NCBI GenBank assembly: GCA_951406725.2
Contig: OX597822.1
Coordinates: 103,912,001 to 103,976,000, forward strand
Source: Octopus vulgaris
Lineage: Eukaryota
Direction: 5' to 3'
DNA length: 64,000 nucleotides
Every line of letters begins with the position of its first letter. Positions within the stretch are counted from its first letter, which is position 1. The notes beneath the pieces were generated by a model. The model saw nothing but the letters and a program-made list of their open reading frames with translations. It searched no databases and was not told the origin of the DNA. A program made the position numbers and the translations under genes. Of the stretch, positions 27,858 to 42,319 are shown piece by piece.

Positions 27858-27882
27858 TCCTTCTGTAAAATAATATATATAT

Positions 27883-27981
<99 letters not shown>

Positions 27982-28382
27982 GTATGTATAAATGTGCAAA
28001 TGTGCAGATATGTGGTCAGAAGAGTCTAAGATACAGGTAGTTTGGCATGTTTATGTCCTCTGAGTGAGTGTTGTCACCCGGATATTGAAGATGGACAAAA
28101 ACAATTCTTATCTCTAAATTCAGAAAACAAAATATCCCGTGATGCCTTATAAGGTCTGCAAGTCTGCTTTAACATTATTGAGGACACGGAAAACAGCGAG
28201 AATTAAAACTACGAGATATGTATTAATTCTTAACGTGTTCTACCAAATTTAGACGTGACTTTAGCTTTTCGTTGTAGGATTCAATACGATGTATATTGAG
28301 CCTCTTCAGTGAGACACAATACACGGAAACTCTGAAGCTAGTAAGTAACGATTGCCCATATATACACACACAAGCACACACA

Positions 28383-28444
<62 letters not shown>

Positions 28445-28459
28445 CACACATACACACAT

Positions 28460-28508
<49 letters not shown>

Positions 28509-28600
28509 GAATTAGAGATAAAACCACTATTATGCAACTGTAACAGTGATAAACATAAACCAATACATAAATAACAAATAATATAAATATAATTAATATA

Positions 28601-28651
<51 letters not shown>

Positions 28652-29500
28652 TTTTCTATTAAAAAAATTTTTTTAAGTATAAAAAGAATGATAAATATAA
28701 GTAAGTTATATTATATAATTCATATATTATATATATTATATAAATTATATATATATATATATACATGTATATATACATGTGTGTGTGTATGTATGTGTAA
28801 ATATATCTAGGGAGAGAGAGAGAGGGAAGAGGGAAAGAGACGAAAAAGAGAAAGAAAAAACAGTTGTTGGCTTTGTGTAATCTCTGTGATGAATCAAAAT
28901 TAGTTTACATAAAAAGACGTTGAGATCAGACAATAAAATTTCTTTACAATGATGATACGATAAACATTAGTTTAGATAAATATATCCAAATCACGTAACA
29001 GAGTCTGACAAGAAGAGAAAACGTGTCTGGTTTGCCAATCAGTGGTTACTAAAGTTTTAGTCTCATTGTGATCAGACACCATAATTGTTTGCAGCATCTT
29101 AGATCGAAAAAAACAGAGGTGAGTAGAGAAATAACAAACCGTTTGTAGTTCTCGGATATAGCTGTAGTGTCACGCATCTGGATGGATTTTAACAGTGACT
29201 ATTATTTTATACAGAAATGGTGGCTCAAAATTGCCTTCTTTTTGAAAAAAATCAATGTGGTTGCTTGATGGTAGTCACGCGATCAGGAGATGGTTCTGTC
29301 TTTAAAAAAAAAAAACGGTGGCTTAGAATTGCTTTCTCTTTAAGGACAGTATGGGTGGTTGATGGCAGTTAGTTCATAATTGTTCTGATTTCGAATAGAT
29401 TTTGTGGAGATCAGAAAGGCTTGTTCAGTGGACTAGTAGTTCTGTTATGATTCAGTAGTTTTGGCTGGTGTTTTGCGGTTTATATGAATGACTCATAAAA

Positions 29501-29914
29501 GGCTGCAAGTTGGCAGAAACATTAGCGCGCCGGGTAAAATGCTTAGGGATATTTCGTCTGCCGTTACGTTCTGAGTTCAAATTCCGCTGAGGTCGACTTT
29601 GCCTTTCATCCTTTCGGAGTCGATAAATAAAGTACCAGTTACGCACTGGGGTCGATGTAATCGACTTAATCCCTTTCTCTGTCCTTGCTTGTCCCCTTTA
29701 TGTTTAGCCCCTTGTGGGCAATAAAGAAATAGGTATTTCGTCTGTCGTTACGTTCTGAGTTCAAATTCCGCCGAGGTCGACTTTGCCTTTCATCCTTTCG
29801 GAGTCGATAAATAAAGTACCAGTTATGCACTGGGGTCGATGTAATCGACCTAATCCCTTTGTCTGTCCTTGTTTGTCCCCTCTGTGTTTAGCCCCTTGAG
29901 GGGAATAAAGAAAT
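29501..29914 (+). mobile_element. SINE family C with a tandemly duplicated 3' part
   Basis: Body repeats from 29732. TSD tatg(a/t)atgactcataa at 29483-29498 and 29918-29933. Confidence 0.85.
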
Positions 29915-30537
29915 ATATATGTATGACTCATAAGTAAAAGTAAATACGTGCGTGTAACTGTATGTGTGTATGTATGTGTGTGTGATTTTTTCTAGGAAAT
30001 GCGAAAAGTTTGTTTGTGTGTGCGTGTGTGTGTACATGTGTGCGCGTATGTGGATGTTCACTTTATGTGTGTGTGTATGTGTGTGTGTATAAGTATGTGT
30101 GCGTTTGTGTGCACGTCTGTGTGTGTGCGTCTGTATGTGTGTGTTGTGCTTGTCAGGGTGGTGTATGTGTGTGTTGCGGTTGTCAGAGTGGTGTTTGTGT
30201 GCGTGTGTATGCTTTTGTATCTTTGCCTGTACATGTGTGTGTGATATTTATCAGGGTGGTGTGTGTATGTGTGTACGAGTGTATGTTATATTTGTCAAGG
30301 TGCTGGGTGTACGCGTGTGTGCATGTGTGTGTGTACGTTATGTTTGTTGCGGTTGTGTGCATGTGTGCGTATGTGTGTGTATGTGTGCGTGTATGTGCGT
30401 GAGAAATTGTGTGTGTTGCGTTTGTTATGGCGTATATGTACGTCTGTATGTACACGTGCGTGTGCGCGTGTGTATGTGTGTGTGTTTTGTCTTTGTCAAG
30501 GGGAGGGTGTGTGCGCATGTAAGAGTAATCGTTTACG

Positions 30538-30965
30538 TGCCTGTGTATGTGTGTATATATGTGTATGTACGTGTATGTGTAAGTATATATATGTGTATAT
30601 ATACATGTGTATATATACATGTGTATATATGTATGTGTGTACGTGTTCGCATATGAGCCTGTGTATTTGTGTATATATGTGTGTATATATGTGTATGTAC
30701 GTGTATGTGTAAGTATATATATGTGTATATATACATGTGTATATACACATGTGTATATATGTATGTGTGTACGTGTTCGCATATGAGCCTGTGTATTTGT
30801 GTATATATGTGTGTATATATGTGTATGTACGTGTATGTGTAAGTATATATATGTGTATATATACATGTGTATATATACATGTGTATATATACATGTGTAT
30901 ATATGTATGTGTGTACGTGTTCGCATATGTGCCTGTGTATTTGTGTATATATGTGTGTATATATG
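30538..30965. repeat. ~130-bp tandem repeat, about 3 units, built from TG/TA
   Basis: gttcgcatatg recurs near 30645, 30775 and 30919. Confidence 0.75.
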
Positions 30966-31289
30966 TGGTGAAATACTGGCCACAGTTAAACATACTCTAA
31001 TGTCGTAAAAATTATAATTGGACAGTCGACTGGTGTCGGAACAACTAAGCAATAATCTAATTCCTACACACACGCACACATACAAGTGTGTAGAGACGCC
31101 CTAACAAACGCAACACACATATACACACGCATACATACGTACACACATACACACACCACCCTGATAAATATAACACAAACATACACAGGCATAAAGACAC
31201 ATATACAAACTTGCATACACACACACACCGTACTGACAACTGCAACACGCACGCACACATACGGAGACACACACTTACACACACACACA

Positions 31290-32665
31290 CAAATAGGACA
31301 TTCACATACATGTACACATGTACAACACGCACGCACACATGTGCACACATACGTAGACACACACGTACACACACACACAAATAGGACATCCACATACATC
31401 TACACATGCACATACACGCACGCACACATATGCACACATACGTAGACACACACGTACACACACACACAAATAGGACATCCACATACATGTACACATGTAC
31501 ATACACGCACGCACACATGTGCACACATACGTAGACACACACACACAAATAGGACATCCACATACATGTACACATGCACATACACGCACGCACACATATG
31601 CACACATACGTAGACACACACGTACACACACACACAAATAGGACATCCACATACATGTACACATGTACAACACGCACGCACACATGTGCACACATACGTA
31701 GACACACACGTACACACACACACAAATAGGACATCCACATACATGTACACATGTACAACACGCACGCACACATGTGCACACATACGTAGACACACACGTA
31801 CACACACACACAAATAGGACATCCACATACATGTACACATGTACAACACGCACGCACACATGTGCACACATACGTAGACACACACGTACACACACACACA
31901 CAAATAGGACATCCACATACATGTACACATGTACAACACGCACGCACACATGTGCACACATACGTAGACACACACGTACACACACACACAAATAGGACAT
32001 CCACATACATGTACACATGTACAACACGCACGCACACATGTGCACACATACGTAGACACACACGTACACACACACACAAATAGGACATCCACATACATGT
32101 ACACATGTACAACACGCACGCACACATGTGCACACATACGTAGACACACACGTACACACACACACAAATAGGACATCCACATACATGTACACATGTACAA
32201 CACGCACGCACACATGTGCACACATACGTAGACACACACGTACACACACACACAAATAGGACATCCACATACATGTACACATGTACAACACGCACGCACA
32301 CATGTGCACACATACGTAGACACACACGTACACACACACACAAATAGGACATCCACATACATGTACACATGTACAACACGCACGCACACGTGTGCACACA
32401 TACGTAGACACACACGTACACACACACACAAATAGGACATCCACATACATGTACACATGTACAACACGCACGCACACGTGTGCACACATACGTAGACACA
32501 CACGTACACACACACACAAATAGGACATCCACATACATGTACACATGTACAACACGCACGCACACATGTGCACACATACGTAGACACTCACGTACACACA
32601 CACACAAATAGGACATCCACATACATGTACACATGTACATACACGCACGCACACATGTGCACACG
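31290..32665. repeat. 88-bp minisatellite, about 16 units
   Basis: aaataggacat recurs about every 88 bp (usually followed by ccacatacatgtacac). Confidence 0.92.
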
Positions 32666-32821
32666 CGCAGTCACACACACACACACACACTCACACACAC
32701 AAACACAAACACACGTAAACAAGCTATTCGCATTTCTCAGAAAAAAACACACACATACATACACACATGCACTTACATGCAAATACATATCATTCTTTAC
32801 TTATGATTCATACAGATAAAC

Positions 32822-33203
32822 GTGGGGGCGCAATGGCCCAGTGGTTAGGGCAGCGGACTCGTGGTCATAGGATCGCGGTTTCGATTCCCAGACCGGGCGT
32901 TGTGAGTGTTTATTGAGCGAAAACACCTAAAGCTCCACGAGGCTCCGGCAGGGGATGGTGGTGATCCCTGCTGTACTCTTTCACCACAACTTTCTCTCAC
33001 TCTTACTTCCTGTTTCTGTTGTACCTGTATTTCAAAGGGCCGGCCTTGTCACTCTCTGTGTCACGCTGAATATCCCCGAGAACTACGTTAAGGGTACACG
33101 TGTCTGTGGAGTGCTCAGCCACTTACATGTTAATTTCACGAGCAGGCTGCTCCGTTGATTCGGATCAACGGGAGCCCTCATCGTCGTAACCGACGGAGTG
33201 CTT
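32822..33203 (+). mobile_element. SINE family A
   Basis: Full length; TSD atacagataaac. Confidence 0.9.
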
Positions 33204-33391
33204 TAAAAAATACAGATAAACTCCAAAACACCGCCCAAAACTTCTGAACCACAACAGAACCGGTTCACCAAACAAGCCTTTCTTAGCTTCACAACAACTA
33301 TTTGAAACCAGAACAAGCGTGAACTACCTTTTGATGAAATGATTGCTATCAACCACCTATAGAGAAGTAATTCTAAGCCACCTTGTTTTAA

Positions 33392-33611
33392 CCCTTTAGC
33401 ATTTAAACCGGCCATATCCGGCCCAAATGTTCTCCTTCTTTTATGTTCAAACCATCCAGATCAGGCCTCTCACACATATCCTACAATGTCATCCTCAAAA
33501 TAAACCATCTCATCATCAAATTCTCAGAGCTAAAAGATAATGCAGGATTAACTCAAAACAATGTGAATGAAAAAGCATTATATTTGACAGAGTAATCTGA
33601 TCACTAAAGGG
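33392..33611. mobile_element. piggyBac-type MITE
   Basis: TTAA|CCCTTTAG ... CTAAAGGG|TTAA. Absent from the opposite arm of the inverted duplication. Confidence 0.8.
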
Positions 33612-33972
33612 TTAAAAAAGAACAGAACCATCACTTGATCACGTGTCTGCCATCAAGCAGCCGCAGTTTTGGAATTGTATGTGTTTTGTGTTTGTCAGGA
33701 AGGCAATTTTGAGCCACCACTTCTGTGTAAAATAGTAATAACCGTCAAATTCCATTCCATCCAGATGTGAGATCCTACAGTCATGTCCGAGAACTATAAA
33801 TGGTCTGTTATTTTTCTGCTCAGCTATTTTTTTTTCTATTTAAGATGCTGCAAACGATTATGGTTTCTGATCACTGTGATAAATGTAGCACACACACACA
33901 CACACACACACACACGCATACACACGTACACACACACACGCATACACACGTACACGCACCACTCTGACAACC

Positions 33973-34200
33973 TATTTCTTTATTACCCACAAGGGGATAA
34001 ACACAGAGCGGACAAACAAGGACAGACATAGGCATTAAGTCGATTACATCGACCCCAGTGCGTAACTGGTACTTAATTTATCGACCCCGAAAGGATGAAA
34101 GGCAAAGTCGACCTCGGCGGAATTTGAACTCACAACGTAACGCAGACGAAATACCGCTAAGCACTTCGCCCGGCGTGCTAACGTTTCTACCAGCTCGCCG
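33973..34200 (-). mobile_element. SINE family C
   Basis: Reverse complement of the family C consensus. Confidence 0.85.
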
Positions 34201-35598
34201 CAACACACATATACACCGCCCTGACAACAGCAACACACACATACACACGCGAACATACAGGCGTGCACACAGACGTAGACATGCGTGTCAAAAAGTCTAT
34301 TACTTGGTTTGGATATATTCATGTAAACTAACATTTATCTTCTTATTATTGTAAAAAAAATTATTTCCTGATCTGAATCTTTTTATGTAAACTATTTTTG
34401 ACTCACCACAAAGGATACGCAAAGACTCAAGCTTTTTCTTACCATTGTCAAAAACTCTATCACCTGATTTGAATGCATTTATGTAAACTAATTTTTTACA
34501 CCACAGAGGATACACAAAGTCTCATACTTTACTTTTGAAAATCTTTTTAAATAAGTGAAAGCAGTTAAGTTAATAAATACTTTTTAAAAAAATCCTGCAT
34601 TTTCATATTCTTTTCCTTATATTTTTCTTCGTGAGATTAACCCCGAATTTACTTTGTTACCCGTCTTCGTCTTTTGTTTTTTTGTAAATTCTCACTATTA
34701 ATTATAAAATATGACAACATCTCTGACAGCTGTTTCGATTCAGAAATCTTTAATTTATAATAAATTTATACTTAATTTATAAATGTGTGTGTGAGTCTGT
34801 GTGTGTGTTCAAAGAAAGAGGGAGAGAGGGGAAGAGAGAGAAAGAGAGAGAGGGGGAGAGAAAGGAAGGAAGGAAAAGAGAAAGAAAGTGTCTTATCTGT
34901 ATACAAGTGTTTTCATGAATATCTTCATAGTCGTTGTATTTTTTACCTCCCTCTATAACATTATAACATTGTATGTTAAAACTTCATTGTAATACTTGAT
35001 TCAATATATAATTTCTTCATTGACATTGTAAAACTCATGTGATTTCATAGTAATAAAGTTTCTATTGAACATTCTTCAATATCTTCGAGAATCTTCCATT
35101 TATCGCGTTTGTCCATCATTTTTTCCTATTTCTCCATTTGAATTAGAATTTTCCACCAGGTCTATTTTTTTTTTTATTAATAGTTATCAACGGATTTTCA
35201 TTTCTGTTACGAAAATAACTCCGCCGTATCTCCGCTACTCCTTCCTACTCCCTTTGCTTTCTTCTTCTCTTGGCCTTACTTTCTGTCATTCAATTCTAAA
35301 TGTAATCATCCCACTTAAATTGATTTTTCGCTCTTATGCTTTGATAAATTCCCGTAATTCATTTATTGCTTTTTTTCTATCTTTCTAACTTGTAATAAAC
35401 TGCTTTGACAAATATTCAACCACTGCATGACATTTTCGAATTGAATGTTTGTTATTTGCTTATCATAGTATGACATCTTAACATTTTGCTAAGTCAATCA
35501 GTTGTCTGTTTCTTGGCAATGTTTTACTAACCATTAACATCGATAGACTAGCGTTCTATCATAGTATAAATTAGTACTCCTCGATAGAACCTTGTTTC

Positions 35599-35831
35599 AT
35601 ACATACATACATACATACATACATACATACATACATACATACATACACATACATACATACATATATATATACATACATACATACATACTACATACATACA
35701 TACTTACATACATACATATATACATACATGCATACATACATACATGCATACATACATACATTCATTCATACATACATACATACATACATACATACATGCA
35801 TACATACACACATACATAATTCATACACAAA

Positions 35832-35865
<34 letters not shown>

Positions 35866-36089
35866 CATACATACATACACACATACATACATACATATAT
35901 ACATACATACATACATACATACATACATACAAACATACATACATACATACTACATACATACATGCATACTTACATACATACATATATACATACATGCATA
36001 CATACATACATGCATACATACATACATTCATTCATACATACATACATACATACATGCATACATACACACATACATAATTCATACACACA

Positions 36090-36123
<34 letters not shown>

Positions 36124-36557
36124 CATACATACATACACACATACATACATACATATATACATACATACATACTACATACATACATACTTACATACATACA
36201 TATATACATACATGCATACATACATACAAACATACATACATACTACATACATACATGCATACATACATACATGCATACATACATACATTCATACATACAT
36301 ACATACATACATACATACATACATGCATACATACACACACACATACATTCATACATACATACATACATACATGCATGCATGCATGCATACATACATACAT
36401 ACTTACATGCATACATACATACATACTTACATACATACATACATACATACTTACATACGTTCATACATACATACATACATACATACATACATACATACAT
36501 ACATACATGCATGCATGCATGCATGCATACATACATACATACATACATACTTATATG
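35599..36557. repeat. (CATA)n compound microsatellite
   Basis: Direct inspection. Confidence 0.95.
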
Positions 36558-39500
36558 CATCATCATCATCATTGTTCGACCGTGGTCGAGACAATGGAAT
36601 TTACCATGCTACGCCAGACTTCACGGTCCATCATGGAATTACGGAGGTCCTGTTGCTGGATGCCTGTATCCCTGGAGATTACATCAGGGTAGGAGGGTGT
36701 GCGCCCTCTGATATTGCGAGTAAATGGCTTCCAGGGGAGAAGAGTAGAAATTACTTCTTTTTCAGCTCTACAACTATGTCCAGCAAACTGGACTCTCCTA
36801 CCTTTCACAAGATATGATACAGGTGGTAGTTTCCCATATATTTGCATTTTGGTTGGATGGCGCTTCCACGAGAGATTTTGAGCTCTCATAAGGAGGCGAG
36901 TGTAGGTTCCATCCAACTGCCTCTCAAGCTTCTTTGATAACGTCCAGGTTTCTGAGCCATATAGTAGAATTGGTTCGACTGTGGCTTTGAAGATTTCAAG
37001 TTTGAAATCTCTACTTAGATTTGATGACCAGATCTTATGCATGTCAGTACAGGCTGACCAGGCCATACCCTTTCTAGTTAGAAAGTCTTTTCCAGATGAT
37101 GATATGTATGACCCACGATATTTGTAATCAGAAACCATATTTAAGGGCGCATTGTTGAGAGTATGGATGATGCAATCACTGTTGGACAGGCACTTGTTTA
37201 TGTATTCAGTTTTGGCCTCATTGAGGTAAAGACCTACACAATTTGAGGCTTGTTCAAGAGATTGTAAAAGAGACTGGGCATTGGAGAGAGAATCACTGAT
37301 AAGAGCGATGTCGTCAGCAAAGTCAGTGTCTGTCAAGTACTCAGCTGGGTGTCTGGAACTTCTTCTTGGTTTTATTTCAAAGCCCTTGCCAGAGATGGTA
37401 TCAACTGACATACGTAGCACATAATCAACAACAATGATGAAAAGAAATGGGGCGAGTGTGTCTCCCTGCAGTATTCCGGCTTTGATTGAGAAAGATGATG
37501 TTTCTCCGTCAGGGGTTTATTGGTTGAAGACGTATCTGTGTAGAGGACCTTGATGGCAGAAATAATTTTGTCTGGTATCCCATAGAACTTAAGGATTTCA
37601 AACATCTTGTACCTATCTACAGAATCGAACGCTTTAGAAAAGTCTACAAATACCATTGCAAGATCGCGATTAAATGCTTTTGATTCTTCAATAAGTCTGC
37701 GTAGGCATAGTATCTGGCTCAGCGTTGAGCGCCCATGTCTGAATCCATTTTGGTTCTTTTGGAGCAAGGGTTCATCAAAAAGGACAAGACGATTTAGGAT
37801 CAGTTTGTTGTACAGTTTTGCAGCAATTGACATTAGAGATATACCCCTGTAGTTGGTGAGGGATAAATCGCCTTTTTTGGGTATTGGGATGATTTGAGAT
37901 TGGTGCCAAATTTTGGAGCGACAAAGGTGGAAAGTGTGTGGTTGCAGAGGTTGAGCAAAAGTGTGTGAAATCTATCATTCTTCCAAATTATAGCTGGGAT
38001 GTTGTCGGGACCAAATGCTTTCGAGGTTTTTAGTTGCTTGGTGGCTGCTGTTAGTTCAAATATAGTAAAAGGGGAGGTGTTGATGTCCAGCGTGTCTGAT
38101 ATACGCACACTTGGAAGAGTGGGGTTATCAGGGATTTTAGCATTCTTCCCAAGGAGGTTTTTAAAATGGGTTGACCAATTTTCTAAACGCTTCTTAGCTG
38201 ATCCTCCTTTAATTCTAATTGATGTCCCAGAATTTTTGCCTGATAGGTCTTTGATGGATTTCCAGGCGAGATGGTGTTTTTTTACTAATGTGCTCTTCGG
38301 ATAGTTTACTAATTTTGCCATTGATAAAGTCGACCTCGGCGTTCAAGTAAGCCTCATCAAGATTCTTCTTGGCAGCTATGAGTTGGATCTTCAGTGACTG
38401 GGATGGAGAACGGTGGTAAGCTAGTGATATAGACTTTAGATGGTTTCTGGCTTCGATGACATTTGTGGAATTAGAAGGTTTGCTCTGGCCCCTACTCTTC
38501 TTTTGGGAAGAGTAGCCAGTGCAACTTCCTCTGTTGATTTGATGAGGCTGCTGTATACTTCTTCAATGTTCTCAGCATCTATTTCAGAAGTAGACAAAGA
38601 TTGAAATGTGTTATAGACCTCAATAGTAAATTGTTTGGACATATCGGGGTTAGATAAGACTTCCTCCCAGTCGATCGTTTTCATCGGGTGAGGCTTAGCT
38701 TTTTTGGATGAGCGAAGACTAAGCTTAACGGTAGCTGATACAATTATGTGGTCAAAGCCGACAGAACTTAAGGAAGAGTAGGATCTCGAGTTTTTAACAC
38801 TATTACGCCACTTCTTTCGAAAGATGAGGTAGTCAATTTGTGCCCTATCACCAAGTGGGGACTCAAATGTCCAAAGTTTACGTTTTGGTTTCATAAAAGA
38901 ATTGTTGGAGGTGTAGAGATTAAATTCCTCCAAGAAGTCTTTGAGCATTTCTCCGTTCCGATTAGTTTTAGAGTTGAAAGTAAACTTGGTCTCATAGGGT
39001 CCTAGTCTAGCATTCAGATCACCAGCTATAACTAGAAAATTATGGAGAGGTACTTGCTCAATGGTTGAACGAAGGGTTGTATAAAAATTTTCAATCTCGT
39101 TTGCCACAGACGAATTATGTGGGCTATACACACATACCAATGTTGTTTTCGGGTTTCCATCTATCTCAAGCACCATAATTCTAGGTGAGATTGACTATAT
39201 ACTCAAGAGAGTATCACTGGCTTTTGATGAAAGTAGAAATCCGATACCTCCAACTGTTGAATTAACAGTATTCTTTGATGCTGACGAGGTTACAAGTTGA
39301 TAAGAACCAACTTGATGGTATTTGAGGATGTTGTCAGGGTGGTAAAATCGGTGTTCTCGGACAGCTATTATATCAATGCCATGTGATTCTGCATTTACAC
39401 CAAGTTCTTCTAGACGGCCAAGTGAGCCGAGGGTGCGGGCATTGAGGGTGCTGAGTATTGTATGATTTTTACAGCTGATGTGGTGTTTGTTTGGTGTTGT

Positions 39501-39780
39501 TTGGTTGGGAGCTGACTCTTCTCCATCAGGTGATACCCGTCTGTTAAGATTGAGGGCATCACCGTCAATGGATGCCCTTGGAGGAGCAACGTGATCAGAG
39601 ACAGGACCCGGCAAAGCAGGGGCTGGACCTACATCCGCAGGTATACCATTAGGTCTGGTTCCCTGGGGAAGAGGAACCCTGGTGCAGTTAATTGTAAGTT
39701 CCATAGTCTTTTCAAATGGCTAATAATGTGTGCGCGCGCCACTACTACACACATTGGAAAGCATCGTACAACCAAGTACT
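36558..39780 (-). mobile_element. Near full-length RTE-group LINE (APE endonuclease plus RT), frameshifted
   Basis: STLNARTL, VYSP, GDLNA and IDY APE motifs; QNGFR, DFSKAFDSV, DFADDIAL and LLYGSETW RT motifs. The stop codon runs directly into a (TGA)n tail. Confidence 0.92.
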
Positions 39781-41481
39781 AAAGAAGATCTTTCCTCCTC
39801 CATGAAACAAAGCTGTTCCCGATCTCATTTATAGCTATAAAAAATAAAAGCAAAAAGCAAGCCCACTTAGTAATATGAAAAGATTGAAGAAATTTTTACA
39901 TTCCGAATTGAATTAGCTTACTACAAAATAATTAACTCAGCATATAACATTTCATGAATACAAAAGAGGAGACGACAATGGTGTTTTTCCCGAAAAATTA
40001 ATAGCACTCTGTTCTTGAATATTTAAGTGGACATTTTCCTAGATTAGATACATCTTCGAAAACAAACCAGGATAACTCTTACAAGAAAGTCTTGTGTAAT
40101 TTTACAGTTCATCCGACAGATTGTTTCATTAAATACGTGTCGGACGGGTTCATTCTTCGTTTGAAAATCCTTGATCTTCCAGATTGTCACTCTGACATTT
40201 ATAAATATAACCAAGTGCACCGATGGTTATTGGTATAAATTGGTATAAATGTGAGTGCGTAATCAGCTTTTATGCTGCCTAAGAATCAAAGCTTACCGTT
40301 CTATGGCTATCATGGCATCTTGTACCCATTCTGGCTAGTGGTAACATGTTGTCAGTAAAGTCGAAAACATCAGTGAAAATACAACATATATTAAATGCCA
40401 GAAGAGTACGGAATATAAGCAAGTGAAGTGCATTCTCAGTTAAATATCGCAAAGAGATGATTATTTTAATTTTAAAGCACATCCTTCAGAAAAGACCTTG
40501 TCTAATACAAATACAAAAATTAAAAGAGTTGCTTAGAAATATGGTAAATTATTTTTTTATATGCCCTCTCTTAAGAACTTCAAAGCAGCACGTTGGAGAT
40601 ACTAGGGATTGCAGAAGGGCAAAACTATAAAAATATTGCCATCGTAGATTTCAAAGATGGTAAATAAGATCGTTGATCAAAGGAGATCTTTCTATTATTT
40701 GTCATTGCTTACCATACGCCAGTACATGCAATCCACACAAGCATAACACATACACACACACATATATTCATGCAAAAAGAATGCAGAAATAAGCGTATAT
40801 TTACATATATACATTTACATACAAATATGCATATACGCATATGTATATATATATATATATATGTGTGTGTTTATGTGTGTGTGTGCGTGTGTGTGTGTAA
40901 GTGTGTGTCGCGTTAAATCTGCTCCAAGAGGTAAAATGTGCATCTATATTTAGCACTAATTACAACGCTCCATAGAAGGAAGTTAAGTTTTCGGCACGTT
41001 GCGTTTTTTATGAAAACAATTCCGCTTTTTATACTTTTGCTTCAGGTTGTCAGAAACATACAATTAGCTGTCATGTACTAGCTAATGCTAGTCACATGAG
41101 ATGCTAGAAATAGCAGCAGAAACTCTAAGAAGTCACACATTAGTATCCTAGTAACGGGACCAATAGACATTGTGGTTTTAAGGTTTCTGTTGACAGAATG
41201 GGCACGAATCAAATGCGTTTGACCATTTTGGTCTGTTCTAGGGTTAAATAACAATAGGAATGTACGTAACTTGTATAGGAATGCTTATGACAGTCAAAGC
41301 TCCCTCATCCAACTGTGACTATCAATCCCTTCAAGAAAGACGGAAAAAAAGGACGAACATATCGCGTGGTTTCGAGTTCAGTTCCGCTGTACAGCACCTT
41401 AGGTAAGTGTCTTCTCCTGTAACCCCGAGTGAAACCAATGCTCTGTGAGGAAATTTGGTAAAGGGACTGTATATGCCCGTC

Positions 41482-41513
<32 letters not shown>

Positions 41514-41522
<9 letters not shown>

Positions 41523-42203
41523 GGGTTCATAAAAAAAAATGTACTTTACCACACATCGAACTTTTAGAAATGGCAGCCAAGGAATTTAGCTATTTCCTCT
41601 ACTATAAGAAAAGTCTCCCAGACAATGTATACTCAAAAACAATTCACGTAGGTATAGAGGGAAAAATAACGAAAGATCACCCGTACATTGATTACTTGAG
41701 AACGCCGTCTCTGGGTTAGTTAGATATAGAGATGCTAGAAATACATACCTATATCAACATTCCTGTCATCAGTCCAAGAATATACGGGTATGTTCGATTT
41801 TTAGTGCTCTCAAATTTAAACTTAACGAAATCTTGGGCTAATGACAGGAATGTTGATATAGGTATGTATTTCTAGCATCTCTATATCTAACTAACCCAGA
41901 GACGGCGTTCTCAAGTAATCGATGTACGGGTGATCTTTCGTTATTTTTCCCTCTATACCTACGTGAATTGTTTTTGAGTATACATTGTCTGGGAGACTCT
42001 TCTTATAGTAGAGGAAACAGCAAAATTCTTTGGCTGCTATTTCTAAAAGTTCGATGTGTGGTAAAGTACATTTTTTTTGATGAACCCTAATTATATAAAG
42101 TAATGTTTTAAATATACCGTAAATGGTCCTTTTACATACTGAACACTGCTTGGTAAAATTAATTAATTAATAATTAATTAATTTTACCCTGATTATTATT
42201 GAC
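41514..42203. mobile_element. Fold-back copy of the ~586-nt hammerhead unit, with two mutated hammerheads
   Basis: 41514-41779 is inverted at 41831-42096. Cores CTGATGA (minus) and CTAATGA (plus); both have GAGAC in place of GAAAC. Confidence 0.85.

Positions 42204-42319
<116 letters not shown>

Larger units (their letters stand above)
28870..34425. repeat. Old ~5.5-kb inverted duplication centred near 31015
   Basis: Colinear reverse-complement blocks: 28870-29010/34285-34425, 29065-29305/33614-33880, 29410-29490/33210-33285, 29920-30015/32715-32815. Confidence 0.8.

Noticed and set aside
28074-28312. Two weak hammerhead-like arrangements (TTGAAGA...GAAA on plus, CTGAAGA...GAAAAGCT on minus)
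   Set aside because: No NUH site in register with stem I.
31290-32665. CRISPR-like regular repeat
   Set aside because: No unique spacers and no cas genes; eukaryotic tandem repeat.
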